Assembly: GCA_934875675.1 (NCBI GenBank) | Contig: CAKXIK010000019.1 | Span: 21,894-45,893 of the forward strand | DNA from: an uncultured bacterium | GTDB taxonomy: Bacteria; Bacillota; Clostridia; Oscillospirales; Acutalibacteraceae | Direction: 5' to 3' | DNA: 24,000 bases | Shown here: in pieces, positions 8,075-16,190 of the stretch | Position numbering within the stretch: the stretch's first letter is position 1 | Layout of the letters: each line of letters opens with the position of its first letter | Notes under the pieces: generated by a model | What the model saw: the letters and a program-made list of their open reading frames with translations, nothing else | Database searches by the model: none | Told to the model about the DNA's origin: nothing | Translations under genes and position numbers: made by a program

Positions 8075-9007
8075 ATGCAGAAGATGGGAATGGTAAAACC
8101 AAAATTTAACCGTCGCATGCAAAAAAATGCAGCAACGTTTTTTGATCCGGCATCCGATGACGATTTCAAAAAAGCTCACCCGATCGGGTATGGTTTTCTG
8201 GTAACGATCGGAATCATTGCGCTGATGCTTCCTCTTGCTGTTTATTTATGGTTAACAAAGGTTTACAATGCGCCAAACAGCGGATGGATGATGCTCGGCT
8301 TGGTCGGATGCTTTACCATGGGAGTTGGATTGTTCAATGTGGTTGCTGCATGGATTCACCAATATTTAGGGCATTGGGTGACAATCGGTTGCCTTTTGGT
8401 CGGCGGGTTTATGACGGCAGCAAGCATTTGTCTGATGTTTGACGTTCGGTTGTACCGACTGTTTGATGAGGATATGGTGAGTTTTTATTTTCTCCTCCTG
8501 CTTTTTCTTTGTTTGTTACCGATTTATTACGTCGGGTTTCGATTTGCAATCGATACATGGTTTCAAGCAAAGAAGATACGAAGAGCGAAAATCAATCAAC
8601 TTAAAAAGGGAATGCGCAATTTTTGGTGGTATGAAAAACTTCGCAGGGAAGCAGGGATGAGTCCCGTGATATACTATTGTAATAAGTTTTTTACAATGGT
8701 GTATCCTGCAGCGGTCATACTACATCTTCTATTTGGTTGGATCAAGGCAGTTTCGGTTCCGGTGTCTGCGTTGTTTGTTTTGTCCTGCCTTGCAGCTGCC
8801 GTTATGAAGGTGTTTGAAATAATAGAGTATAATCGGGATTATTATGGGTGTTCGATCGTCTTAATAGGGCGCAGCGCAAATCGAGGGATTGATTGCATCG
8901 TTCTTGATATTATCTCCGTCTTACTTCCGCTGATTGTGGCGTATTGTGAACTAATTATAATGACGGAACTTTGGAAGCTGCCCATTGATTTAAGATGGTG
9001 GCTGTAA
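8075..9007 (+). CDS. Hypothetical polytopic membrane protein (about 8 TM)
   Basis: ORF 7937..9007. Its 5' part overlaps the yfbR start and looks non-coding. Likely starts are the ATGs at 8075/8084/8090 behind GAGGGG. There are multiple long hydrophobic segments and no motif I recognise. Confidence 0.55.
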   Translation: MQKMGMVKPKFNRRMQKNAATFFDPASDDDFKKAHPIGYGFLVTIGIIALMLPLAVYLWLTKVYNAPNSGWMMLGLVGCFTMGVGLFNVVAAWIHQYLGHWVTIGCLLVGGFMTAASICLMFDVRLYRLFDEDMVSFYFLLLLFLCLLPIYYVGFRFAIDTWFQAKKIRRAKINQLKKGMRNFWWYEKLRREAGMSPVIYYCNKFFTMVYPAAVILHLLFGWIKAVSVPVSALFVLSCLAAAVMKVFEIIEYNRDYYGCSIVLIGRSANRGIDCIVLDIISVLLPLIVAYCELIIMTELWKLPIDLRWWL

Positions 9008-9044
9008 AGCACTTAAAAACTGTTTTGGAAAAGGAGTAGATTTC

Positions 9045-9917
9045 ATGAAAAAGCGTAGTTTGGCGTACTTGCTAATGCTTTTCCTGTTTTTGAGTCTTAC
9101 TCCCGCGGCTGTAAGGGCAGACAGTGCACCCAGCCCCCGTATTCAGGTTCATTTTGAAGGAATGGAAAGTGAAACATATTTTGTAACATTGCTGGTTTTG
9201 CCGGATGATTGGGACGAGCGGGACGGCATGAATAATTTTGATGGGAATGACGAACGGCGAATCTGGGAAAAGTTTAATGCCTTTTCAGACCCGGATAGGT
9301 ATCGTTTTACAGGATCATTTGAGAACTGCTCACAAACTCACTCCTATACGTGGGGTAGTATTCCACCCCAGCAATATAAAATTTTGATTTATTTTCCGGA
9401 ACACGACAAGCTGGCAATCAGTGCACCCTGCCGTCCGTATGCATTCAGCAGCTATTACACGATTACGGTGGACAAGGACGATTTCTCCGTATCAAATCAA
9501 ACGGTATTGGGGTTGTCTGTGCGCCGATCGTATGATTACACCAGCGAGATTATTTCTATGCTTTTGCGGATTTTTCTTACCATTGCTGTGGAGTTTGGAA
9601 TTGCATGGATTTGCGGATTCCGCAGTCGCAGTCAGGTAATCGTTATTTTGGTGACAAATATTTTGACGCAAACAATCCTGAATGTGTTGCTTAATTTAAT
9701 TGGATATCGGTATGGTCTGTTGAATCTCATTCTCAATTATGTTTGGGTTGAAATAGTAGTATTTCTGATTGAGGGAGTTGTTTACGCCAGACTCTTACCT
9801 CGTTTTTCGGAAAATCCAGTCAGAGAAAAGTCTCCTTGGGTTTATGCTGCGATTGCAAATACGGCCTCATTTTTTGCGGGGGAGTTAATTGCATGTATTT
9901 TTCCGGCTTTTCATTGA
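9045..9917 (+). CDS. Hypothetical protein: signal peptide, extracytoplasmic domain of about 150 aa, C-terminal 4-TM module
   Basis: An AAAGGAG SD lies 7 nt upstream. The N-terminus MKKRSLAYLLMLFLFLSLTPAAVRADS is signal-peptide-like. The C-terminal hydrophobic helices contain membrane-embedded glutamates (TIAVEFGIAW, VWVEIVVFLIEGVVY, FFAGELIACIF). Confidence 0.6.
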   Translation: MKKRSLAYLLMLFLFLSLTPAAVRADSAPSPRIQVHFEGMESETYFVTLLVLPDDWDERDGMNNFDGNDERRIWEKFNAFSDPDRYRFTGSFENCSQTHSYTWGSIPPQQYKILIYFPEHDKLAISAPCRPYAFSSYYTITVDKDDFSVSNQTVLGLSVRRSYDYTSEIISMLLRIFLTIAVEFGIAWICGFRSRSQVIVILVTNILTQTILNVLLNLIGYRYGLLNLILNYVWVEIVVFLIEGVVYARLLPRFSENPVREKSPWVYAAIANTASFFAGELIACIFPAFH

Positions 9918-10133
9918 GCTTTCAGCATTTTGAGTGAGTGAAAAACCGGTTCTCGGATACTAATATATAATTATTATAAATTCTGTTCTGGATTCTGTCA
10001 AAACTGAAATTATACGAATCTTCAAACAAAACAAATCCCACGAAAGAAAACCGGGGCGGTCAGGGTTTTGGGCAAAAAATGTTTCGGCAAGGAAGAAAAG
10101 CTTCGTATAAAAAGGAAAGGACGTCTTTGACCG

Positions 10134-11435
10134 ATGGCACATGTTCAAATCAAAAAACAACAAGTGTGGTGGGTGCTGGCAGCGGTTTTGCTGTTCGCCG
10201 CAATCACAAGGCTGCTGCTTGCAATGACTTACCTCAATTCATTTGATACGGAGTGGTATCTCAAATGGGCGGTGGATATTCAGAATGGGCTGTTCAATGC
10301 GTATGACGGTCATGTTCGGGATTTGGACTACCCCCCCATTTATCTGATTTTGTTGTGGCCGGTCGGCAGACTGCTCAACATTGATCTTTTGGCGACCTAT
10401 CAGCCTTACCGCATGCTGCTGATTAAGTTTTGGCCGATTCTGTTTGATTTGCTCACGGTGGCAGCGATTTACCTCATCTTCCGCAAGCGTTCGGTGTTTT
10501 TGGCGCTCTGCGCAGCGGCTGCATGGGCGGTCAATCCTTCGGCAATCTTCAATTGCTCCTGTTGGGGGCAAACGGATACAATAATGACCTTTCAGCTGCT
10601 GCTCGTGTTTGCCGCATTTGATGAAGACAAGCCGCTTTGGGGCACGTTCTGGTTTGCACTGGCAGCCTTGACAAAAATGCAGTGCCTTTACTTTGCGCCG
10701 GTAATTTTGTTCTGGTTTATTCGCAGACAGGATTGGAGCCGGCTGTGGCGTGCGCTTGCAATCGGCTTCGGAACGGTTCTGGCAGGATTCTTGCCGTTTA
10801 TGATTGCAAGTAAAAATATGCTGGCGATTTTTCAAATCTACTTCGGCGGGTTTGGAAAGTATCCCTATATCAATCTCAATGCGTTTAATTTGTTCGGCTT
10901 GGGTGATTTCAACTGGGTAACGGATGAGCTTTCCATTATTGGCGGAAGCCCGAATGCGGATGGACTCATGGTGGGCGGATTCACATTTTCCATGCTGGGC
11001 ACGATCCTGATGCTTGCCTCCATTGTGTTCGTGTGTTGGATGATGCTGGCGGCGAAAAAGACGAATATCTGGCTGCATGCTGCACTTTTGATGCAGTGCC
11101 TGTTTATTCTCACCACCCGGCAGCACGAGCGATATCAATTTATTGTCATGATTCTGTTGCTGGGAGCGTTCCTGACCGAGCAGGATTTCAAAATTTTCGG
11201 ATTGTTTGCAGGTGTTTCGTTTGTCACATTCTTCAATCAGTCACTGCTTCTTGATAAAATTATTCATAAGGATGCGCCCTATATTGCATCCTTCAATGCG
11301 CTGCAGGCTGTCGGTTCGGCAATGAATGTGGTGCTGTTCTTCTGTACCGTTGCACTCTGTGTGATGCATACACAGGGCTTGCGACCGGTGTTTGGCAAAA
11401 AACAACCCGAACGAAAGGTGGAATCCGTTTCATGA
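10134..11435 (+). CDS. GT-C fold integral-membrane glycosyltransferase (Gpi18/PMT_2/DUF2029-like)
   Basis: 433 aa and polytopic. The first-loop acidic motif and following block (YLNSFDTEWYLKWAVDIQNG...LDYPPIYLILLWP) are typical of polyprenyl-phosphate-sugar-dependent GT-C enzymes. The stop overlaps the yfhO start (ATGA at 11432-11435). The family call is from memory of motif patterns. Confidence 0.6.
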   Translation: MAHVQIKKQQVWWVLAAVLLFAAITRLLLAMTYLNSFDTEWYLKWAVDIQNGLFNAYDGHVRDLDYPPIYLILLWPVGRLLNIDLLATYQPYRMLLIKFWPILFDLLTVAAIYLIFRKRSVFLALCAAAAWAVNPSAIFNCSCWGQTDTIMTFQLLLVFAAFDEDKPLWGTFWFALAALTKMQCLYFAPVILFWFIRRQDWSRLWRALAIGFGTVLAGFLPFMIASKNMLAIFQIYFGGFGKYPYINLNAFNLFGLGDFNWVTDELSIIGGSPNADGLMVGGFTFSMLGTILMLASIVFVCWMMLAAKKTNIWLHAALLMQCLFILTTRQHERYQFIVMILLLGAFLTEQDFKIFGLFAGVSFVTFFNQSLLLDKIIHKDAPYIASFNALQAVGSAMNVVLFFCTVALCVMHTQGLRPVFGKKQPERKVESVS

Positions 11436-14005
11436 ATTACTCCGCGAAGCTCGGCTCACCAAAAAAGTGGTGGGAAAGCCGTGCGTTCCGTGCATTTGCA
11501 TTGGGGCTTGGCTGTTCGTTTTTGTTTTTTATCCCGTTTATTATTTTTGACCAGGGATATTTTCTGTTTTACGGTGATTTCAATGTGCAGCAGGTGCCGT
11601 TTTACCAGATGATTCACGACGCAATCCGCAGCGGGGACATCGGTTGGAGCTGGACGACGGATCTCGGGGTCAATCTGATCGGATCCTATACGTTTTACAA
11701 TCTCGGGAGCCCGTTTTTCTGGATTACACTGCTGTTCCCGAGTGCAGCCGTGCCGTATCTGATGGGGCCGCTGCTGATGCTGAAATTTGCATTTTCTGCG
11801 CTTTCGGGTTATATTTACCTGCGCCGCTATGTAAAAAATCCTGATAATGCCGTGCTGGGCGGATTGCTTTACGCATTTTCCGGTTTTGCCGTTTACAACG
11901 TCTTTTTTAATCATTTTCATGAGGCGATTATTATTTTCCCGCTGCTGCTTGCCGCGTTGGATGAGTATATGGAGACTGGGCGGCGCGGATTGTTTGTGCT
12001 CGCGGTGTTTGCTTCGTGCCTGATGAATTATTATTTCTTTGCGGGTCAGGTGGTTTTCTGCTTTATTTACTGGATTATCCGTGTTGCGACCGGAAGCTGG
12101 AAAAATGTCACGCTGCGCCGGTTCGGGTGGTTGGCATTTGAGTCCGTGCTGGGTGTTGCAATGACAGCGGTGCTCTTGCTGCCAACGGTGCTTGCGGTAA
12201 TGCAGAACAGCCGTGTCAACAGTCCGACCTATGGCTGGGGCGCACTGCTCTATGGCAATGAGCAGCGGTATCTGCATATTCTTTCATGCATGTTCTTCCC
12301 GCCCGATATTCCTGCGCGTGCTAATTTTACGCCGGATTCCAATGCAAACTGGGCATCATTGGGCGCCTGGCTGCCGCTTTTCTCCATGACCGGTGTCTTT
12401 GCATGGATGCAGATCAAAAAAAAGCATTGGAGCAAAAAGCTTGTCGGAACGCTGGTACTCATGGCATTTATTCCGATTTTAAACAATGCATTTCAACTGT
12501 TTAATTCGGCTTTTTATGCCCGCTGGTATTATATGATGATGTTGATGTTTGCTCTGGCAACCGTGCAGGCAATTGAAACGGAGGAAGCAGATTGGCGGCG
12601 TGCATTCCGGTGGACGTTCGGCATCACCGCAGCAATCGCGGTGGGAATCGGCTTAATGCCGAGTAATATTGACAAAACAACCGGGCAGATTTCCTTTGGA
12701 CTTGAAAAATATCCGGAACGCTTTTGGACGTATGTTGCCATCGCATTTTTAAGCTTGCTGCTCTTTTATATTTTGATGCCGCTGATTCGCCGAAATCCCA
12801 AAAAATTTACGCGGAATGCAACGGCGGGTGTGCTGATTATTACCGTAGTCTACGCCGCATATTTCATCGGTCTGGGCAAAACCCAGTCGTATGATACGCG
12901 GAATTTCATTATTCCCTATGCACTCAATAACGGTAAGGATGTTGACCTGCCGGACGAAGAGGGACAGACGCAGAACTATCGCGTAGATTTTTATCAATCA
13001 ATGGACAATATGGCGATGTATTGGCAGATGCCCAGTATTCAGGCATTTCATTCTATTGTACCGGGCTCGGTTATGACGTTCTACCCGTCCATCGGTGTGG
13101 AACGTGGGGTTGGTTCGCGCCCGGATACCACGCATTACGGAATCCGAGGGCTGCTTTCGGTGAAATATCTGTTTGATTACACCGGAGACGGCAACAATTT
13201 TAAAGACGGCGACGCAACGCAGATGCCGGGCTTCACTTATTACGCAACACAGAACGGTTTTGATGTTTATCAAAATAACAATTACGTTCCGTATGGCTTC
13301 ACCTATGACAAAGTGATTACCCGCGCACAGTTTGAGGAAACGGCGCAGGCCAACCGGGAACTGCTCCTGCTCAAGGCAATGATGGTGGAGGATGCAGACT
13401 ACGACGAGGTGTCGCAGGTGCTTTCCCCCATGAGTGAAAATGAGCTGGATGGCCAGACGTATTCCCAGGATGCTTATGCACAGGATTGTGCTGATAGAAA
13501 TCAGCAAACCTGCTATGAATTTTCCTGCGATGGCGGCGGATTTGTTTCAAAAATTAATCTTTCCAAGGAAAACTATGTGTTTTTCAGTGTGCCATATGAA
13601 TCGGGCTGGTCAGCGCAGGTGGACGGAGCTGCAGCGGAGATTGTACCAGCCAATAACGGGTTTATGTCGGTTCTGGTGCCGCAGGGTGACCATACCATTA
13701 CTTTCACCTATAAAACACCCGGTCTTTCTGCCGGATTTTTGATTACGCTGATCTGTGTGCTGATTTTGTTGTTGTACCTGTGGTGGATGCCCAAACGTGA
13801 CGAAAAGATTTCGCTGCGCTTTGCACAAGAAGCTGCCGCCAATGAAAAGATTGCAGCGCAAAACCGTGCGGAACGTGAAGAAAACGGTGAGAAAAATGAA
13901 ACCGATGCATCTGTTGTGATGACAGATATTTCTCTCCGTACGGAAGATGAGCAAAAGATATCCACAGAAGAGTATGTCTCACCGGATGATGAAATAGAAC
14001 CGTAA
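11432..14005 (+). CDS. yfhO: YfhO family membrane glycosyltransferase
   Basis: 857 aa. The N-terminal signature FFIPFIIFDQGYFLFYGDFNVQQVPFYQMIHDAIRSGDIGWSWTTDLGVNLIGSYTFYNLGSPFFW is characteristic of YfhO. It has many TM segments, a large extracytoplasmic C-terminal domain, a final TM and an acidic tail. Confidence 0.85.
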   Translation: MNYSAKLGSPKKWWESRAFRAFALGLGCSFLFFIPFIIFDQGYFLFYGDFNVQQVPFYQMIHDAIRSGDIGWSWTTDLGVNLIGSYTFYNLGSPFFWITLLFPSAAVPYLMGPLLMLKFAFSALSGYIYLRRYVKNPDNAVLGGLLYAFSGFAVYNVFFNHFHEAIIIFPLLLAALDEYMETGRRGLFVLAVFASCLMNYYFFAGQVVFCFIYWIIRVATGSWKNVTLRRFGWLAFESVLGVAMTAVLLLPTVLAVMQNSRVNSPTYGWGALLYGNEQRYLHILSCMFFPPDIPARANFTPDSNANWASLGAWLPLFSMTGVFAWMQIKKKHWSKKLVGTLVLMAFIPILNNAFQLFNSAFYARWYYMMMLMFALATVQAIETEEADWRRAFRWTFGITAAIAVGIGLMPSNIDKTTGQISFGLEKYPERFWTYVAIAFLSLLLFYILMPLIRRNPKKFTRNATAGVLIITVVYAAYFIGLGKTQSYDTRNFIIPYALNNGKDVDLPDEEGQTQNYRVDFYQSMDNMAMYWQMPSIQAFHSIVPGSVMTFYPSIGVERGVGSRPDTTHYGIRGLLSVKYLFDYTGDGNNFKDGDATQMPGFTYYATQNGFDVYQNNNYVPYGFTYDKVITRAQFEETAQANRELLLLKAMMVEDADYDEVSQVLSPMSENELDGQTYSQDAYAQDCADRNQQTCYEFSCDGGGFVSKINLSKENYVFFSVPYESGWSAQVDGAAAEIVPANNGFMSVLVPQGDHTITFTYKTPGLSAGFLITLICVLILLLYLWWMPKRDEKISLRFAQEAAANEKIAAQNRAEREENGEKNETDASVVMTDISLRTEDEQKISTEEYVSPDDEIEP

Positions 14006-14057
14006 CAATGCGGAGGGGATTTGATATCCGCCCGTGCAATAAAGAAGGGTCGAGATT

Positions 14058-15011
14058 GTGATGGAGAAAAACACCGTTTATCTGGTAGTGCCGTGTTATA
14101 ATGAGGAGGCGGTTCTGCCGGAAACAGCAAAACGGCTGCAGGAAAAGCTTCGCGGAATGATGAAAGCAGGCAGGGCGGCAGCCGATAGCAGGATTCTTTT
14201 TGTCAATGACGGCAGCAAGGACAAAACATGGGAGCTGATTGAACAGCTCCATCAGCAAAGTGAGCTGATCTGCGGCATCAAGCTTTCCCGCAACCGCGGA
14301 CATCAAAACGCACTTTTGGCAGGGCTGATGGCAGCAAAAGAAAATGCAGCGTGTGCCATCTCGCTTGATGCGGATTTGCAGGATGACATTGAGGTTCTGG
14401 ACGAATTTATGGACAAATACCTGGATGGTTGCGACGTGGTTTACGGCGTACGCAAAAAGCGCGAAACTGATACCTTCTTTAAGCGTACCACGGCGCAGGG
14501 TTTTTACAAGGTGATGAAGGCGATGGGGGTGGATGTGGTTTATAATCATGCCGATTACCGCTTGATGAGCCGCCGTGCATTGGAGGGTTTGGCAGAGTAT
14601 AAAGAAGTCAACCTGTTCCTGCGCGGTATTGTTCCGCTGATCGGTTATCGTTCGGATTATGTTTACTACGACCGCCACGAACGCTTTGCGGGCGAGTCCA
14701 AATATCCTCTTAAAAAAATGCTTGCCTTTGCAATGGATGGCATTACATCCTTCAGCGTGAAACCCCTCAAGCTGATTTCGAATTTGGGGATTCTGGTTTC
14801 TGTGCTCAGTGTAATCGGGCTGCTTTATGCGCTGATTGCAAAGTTGTGCGGTGTGGCAGTGCAGGGATGGACTGCAATTGTTGCTTCCATCTGGTTGCTC
14901 GGCGGGCTGCAAATGCTCTGTTTGGGCGTGGTGGGAACGTATATCGGCAAAATTTACAGTGAAGTGAAGGCTCGTCCGCGGTATGTGGTCGAGGAATTTT
15001 TGAAGAAATAA
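14058..15011 (+). CDS. GT2 polyprenyl-phosphate glycosyltransferase (GtrB/CsbB-like), with 2 C-terminal TM segments
   Basis: VVPCYNEE, NDGSKDKT, LSRNRGHQNALLAGL, DADLQDD and ERFAGESKY, plus two C-terminal TM helices, give the classic GtrB/CsbB architecture. The start is GTG 14058 or ATG 14061 behind AAGAAGGG. Confidence 0.85.
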   Translation: MMEKNTVYLVVPCYNEEAVLPETAKRLQEKLRGMMKAGRAAADSRILFVNDGSKDKTWELIEQLHQQSELICGIKLSRNRGHQNALLAGLMAAKENAACAISLDADLQDDIEVLDEFMDKYLDGCDVVYGVRKKRETDTFFKRTTAQGFYKVMKAMGVDVVYNHADYRLMSRRALEGLAEYKEVNLFLRGIVPLIGYRSDYVYYDRHERFAGESKYPLKKMLAFAMDGITSFSVKPLKLISNLGILVSVLSVIGLLYALIAKLCGVAVQGWTAIVASIWLLGGLQMLCLGVVGTYIGKIYSEVKARPRYVVEEFLKK

Positions 15012-15018
15012 TAAAGTT

Positions 15019-15107
15019 GGCGAAGTCTTGCTTTATACTAATTCCGCAGATTTTTATTTATTGTTTTAAGAGGAGTTAGTGTTGCACAAGATTTCGCCGC
15101 TTTTTTT
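15019..15107 (+). terminator. Candidate operon terminator: long-range stem (GGCGAAGTCTTGC / GCACAAGATTTCGCC) with a loop of about 52 nt, followed by a T7 run
   Basis: Arms at 15019-15031 and 15084-15098 give 13 pairs, with one G-U and one bulge. An inner ACTAA/TTAGT extension is possible. TTTTTTT lies at 15101-15107. The structure starts 8 nt after the GT2 stop. The loop is unusually large for an intrinsic terminator. Confidence 0.35.
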
Positions 15108-15320
15108 GTTTAAAATACTTCTATTTCTTGAATAAATTATGCGCGCCGCGAGGCAAAAGCGGTACAAAGAATCCGTATCGTAAAATCTAAATATAAAAAA
15201 ATGTAATTTATGGAAAAGAAATCGTGAGCGTTGTATAAAAGTAATAAAGAAAAGTAGCTGTAAGAACGGAAAAGCAGCAGCAAAGAAGCAAAGAAAAATG
15301 GCAAAAATTTGTTTTTGCGC

Positions 15321-15348
15321 TTGACAAATTATCAAATGGTACTACAAT
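15321..15348 (+). promoter_or_regulatory. Near-consensus sigma-A promoter TTGACA-N16-TACAAT driving the riboswitch leader
   Basis: TTGACA at 15321-15326 and TACAAT at 15343-15348, about 55 nt upstream of the aptamer. Confidence 0.55.
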
Positions 15349-15402
15349 AGATTATAGGATAATAATAAAAGAATAGAACGGGTTGGTTGTGTTCTTTTGG
15401 AT

Positions 15403-15494
15403 GATCGAAAATAGGGCAAATCTGTCGAAAGGCAGTGGCGCAAAGCTATAGGGTCTGAATGTGCATTTGTACATATGACTGCCAGCTGCATCGA
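15403..15494 (+). promoter_or_regulatory. c-di-GMP-I (GEMM-I) riboswitch aptamer
   Basis: The sequence is ATAGGGCAAATCTGTCGAAAGGCAGTGGCGCAAAGCTATAGGGTC...GACTGCCAGCTGCATCGAT. It has a GGCAAA start, a 5-bp hairpin capped by a GAAA tetraloop (CTGTC-GAAA-GGCAG), the conserved CGCAAAGC core and a second stem GGGTC/GAC.GCC, then AGCTG. Compare the V. cholerae Vc2 aptamer, GGGCAAACCAUUCGAAAGAGUGGGACGCAAAGCCUCCGGCC. Closing helix ATCGA (15403-15407) / TCGAT (15490-15494). No covariance-model score was obtained. Confidence 0.75.
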
Positions 15495-15526
15495 TTTTTG
15501 TGGATCGTTTGCAGATGTTTAGACTT

Positions 15527-15552
15527 GAGCGCCGTGACCGGGCGCTTTTTTG
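15527..15552 (+). terminator. Intrinsic terminator, the riboswitch expression platform
   Basis: AGCGCC (15527-15532) pairs with GGCGCT (15541-15546) across an 8-nt loop, followed by TTTTTGTTT. It sits between the aptamer and the first ORF start at 15576. Confidence 0.65.
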
Positions 15553-15575
15553 TTTGGCGGAAAGTGAGCTTTACC

Positions 15576-16190
15576 ATGCTGATATTCTTTTTTCTGGCGT
15601 TGTTGGTTGGTCGGCTGCAGGGCAGGCAGGTGAGCACCGTTTTTTACCAAAAGTGTTTGATCCCGTACTTCATTCTTGAATTTTGCTACATCGGTGTGCA
15701 GTTTTCCACCTTTTGCGGATATTACGGATTTATTCCGTATGCCGAATGGATTAAGCGGCTTTATTTTCTGGTGCTGTTGGTTCCGATTTTGGTACATCAG
15801 CTTTATGTACCCGCAATTGCAGGTGCAGGTTCGGTCGCGGTGGGAACCCTGCTCAACCGGGCGGTGATGAATGCTAACGGCGGAAAGATGCCGGTGTTCG
15901 CAACGCTTGCCCGTTGGACAGGCTACTATACATCAGACTTTTCCGCAGTGGGAGATACAATTCACATGGCGGGAGATTCCACGGTAAAGCTGGCGTTTTT
16001 GGCAGATTATATTGATCTTGGATACTGTATTTTAAGCGTTGGAGATTTGCTGGTGCATGCATTTACGTTTATTATCGTGTATGCGCTGGTTCGTAAGGTT
16101 TGTCCCATGCGGGACAAGCAAATGCAGCGGTCAAAAATGGATGCCGAGGATGGAACAATCGGTCATAAATGCGGAAGGAAGAACAAATGA
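15576..16190 (+). CDS. DUF5317-like integral membrane protein
   Basis: ORF 15459..16190. Its 5' 117 nt cover the riboswitch and terminator, so I start at ATG 15576 (MLIFFFLALLVGRL). LNRAVMNANGGKMPVF and ILSVGDLLVHAFTFIIV resemble the DUF5317 conserved blocks (N..VI.ANGG.MPV ... S.GD.L) as I recall them. Confidence 0.55.
   Translation: MLIFFFLALLVGRLQGRQVSTVFYQKCLIPYFILEFCYIGVQFSTFCGYYGFIPYAEWIKRLYFLVLLVPILVHQLYVPAIAGAGSVAVGTLLNRAVMNANGGKMPVFATLARWTGYYTSDFSAVGDTIHMAGDSTVKLAFLADYIDLGYCILSVGDLLVHAFTFIIVYALVRKVCPMRDKQMQRSKMDAEDGTIGHKCGRKNK

Noticed and set aside
10040-10080. Hairpin AAAACC-N11-GGTTTT upstream of the GT-C gene
   Set aside because: The stem is weak and AU-rich with no trailing U-run on either strand. 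It is not a credible terminator or a known RNA motif.
10239-14912. Long minus-strand ORFs: 10239..11138, 11456..12277, 12998..13507 and 13743..14912
   Set aside because: All are antisense to the GT-C, YfhO and GT2 genes, which have strong family signatures. The translations are Q/R/H/K-rich shadow ORFs typical of the reverse frame of membrane-protein genes.
15082-15135. 17-codon mini-ORF (TTG start, MHKISPLFLFKILLFLE) behind a strong AAGAGGAG SD, inside the terminator loop
   Set aside because: It is very short, has a non-ATG start and overlaps the terminator's 3' arm and T-run. There is no way to support it from sequence alone. I mention it only because the SD is strong.
15066-15335. 89-aa minus-strand ORF in the AT-rich spacer
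   Set aside because: The translation is F/I/L-rich and low-complexity, as expected from AT-rich DNA. There is no SD, its start lies inside the plus-strand promoter, and it crosses the putative terminator.
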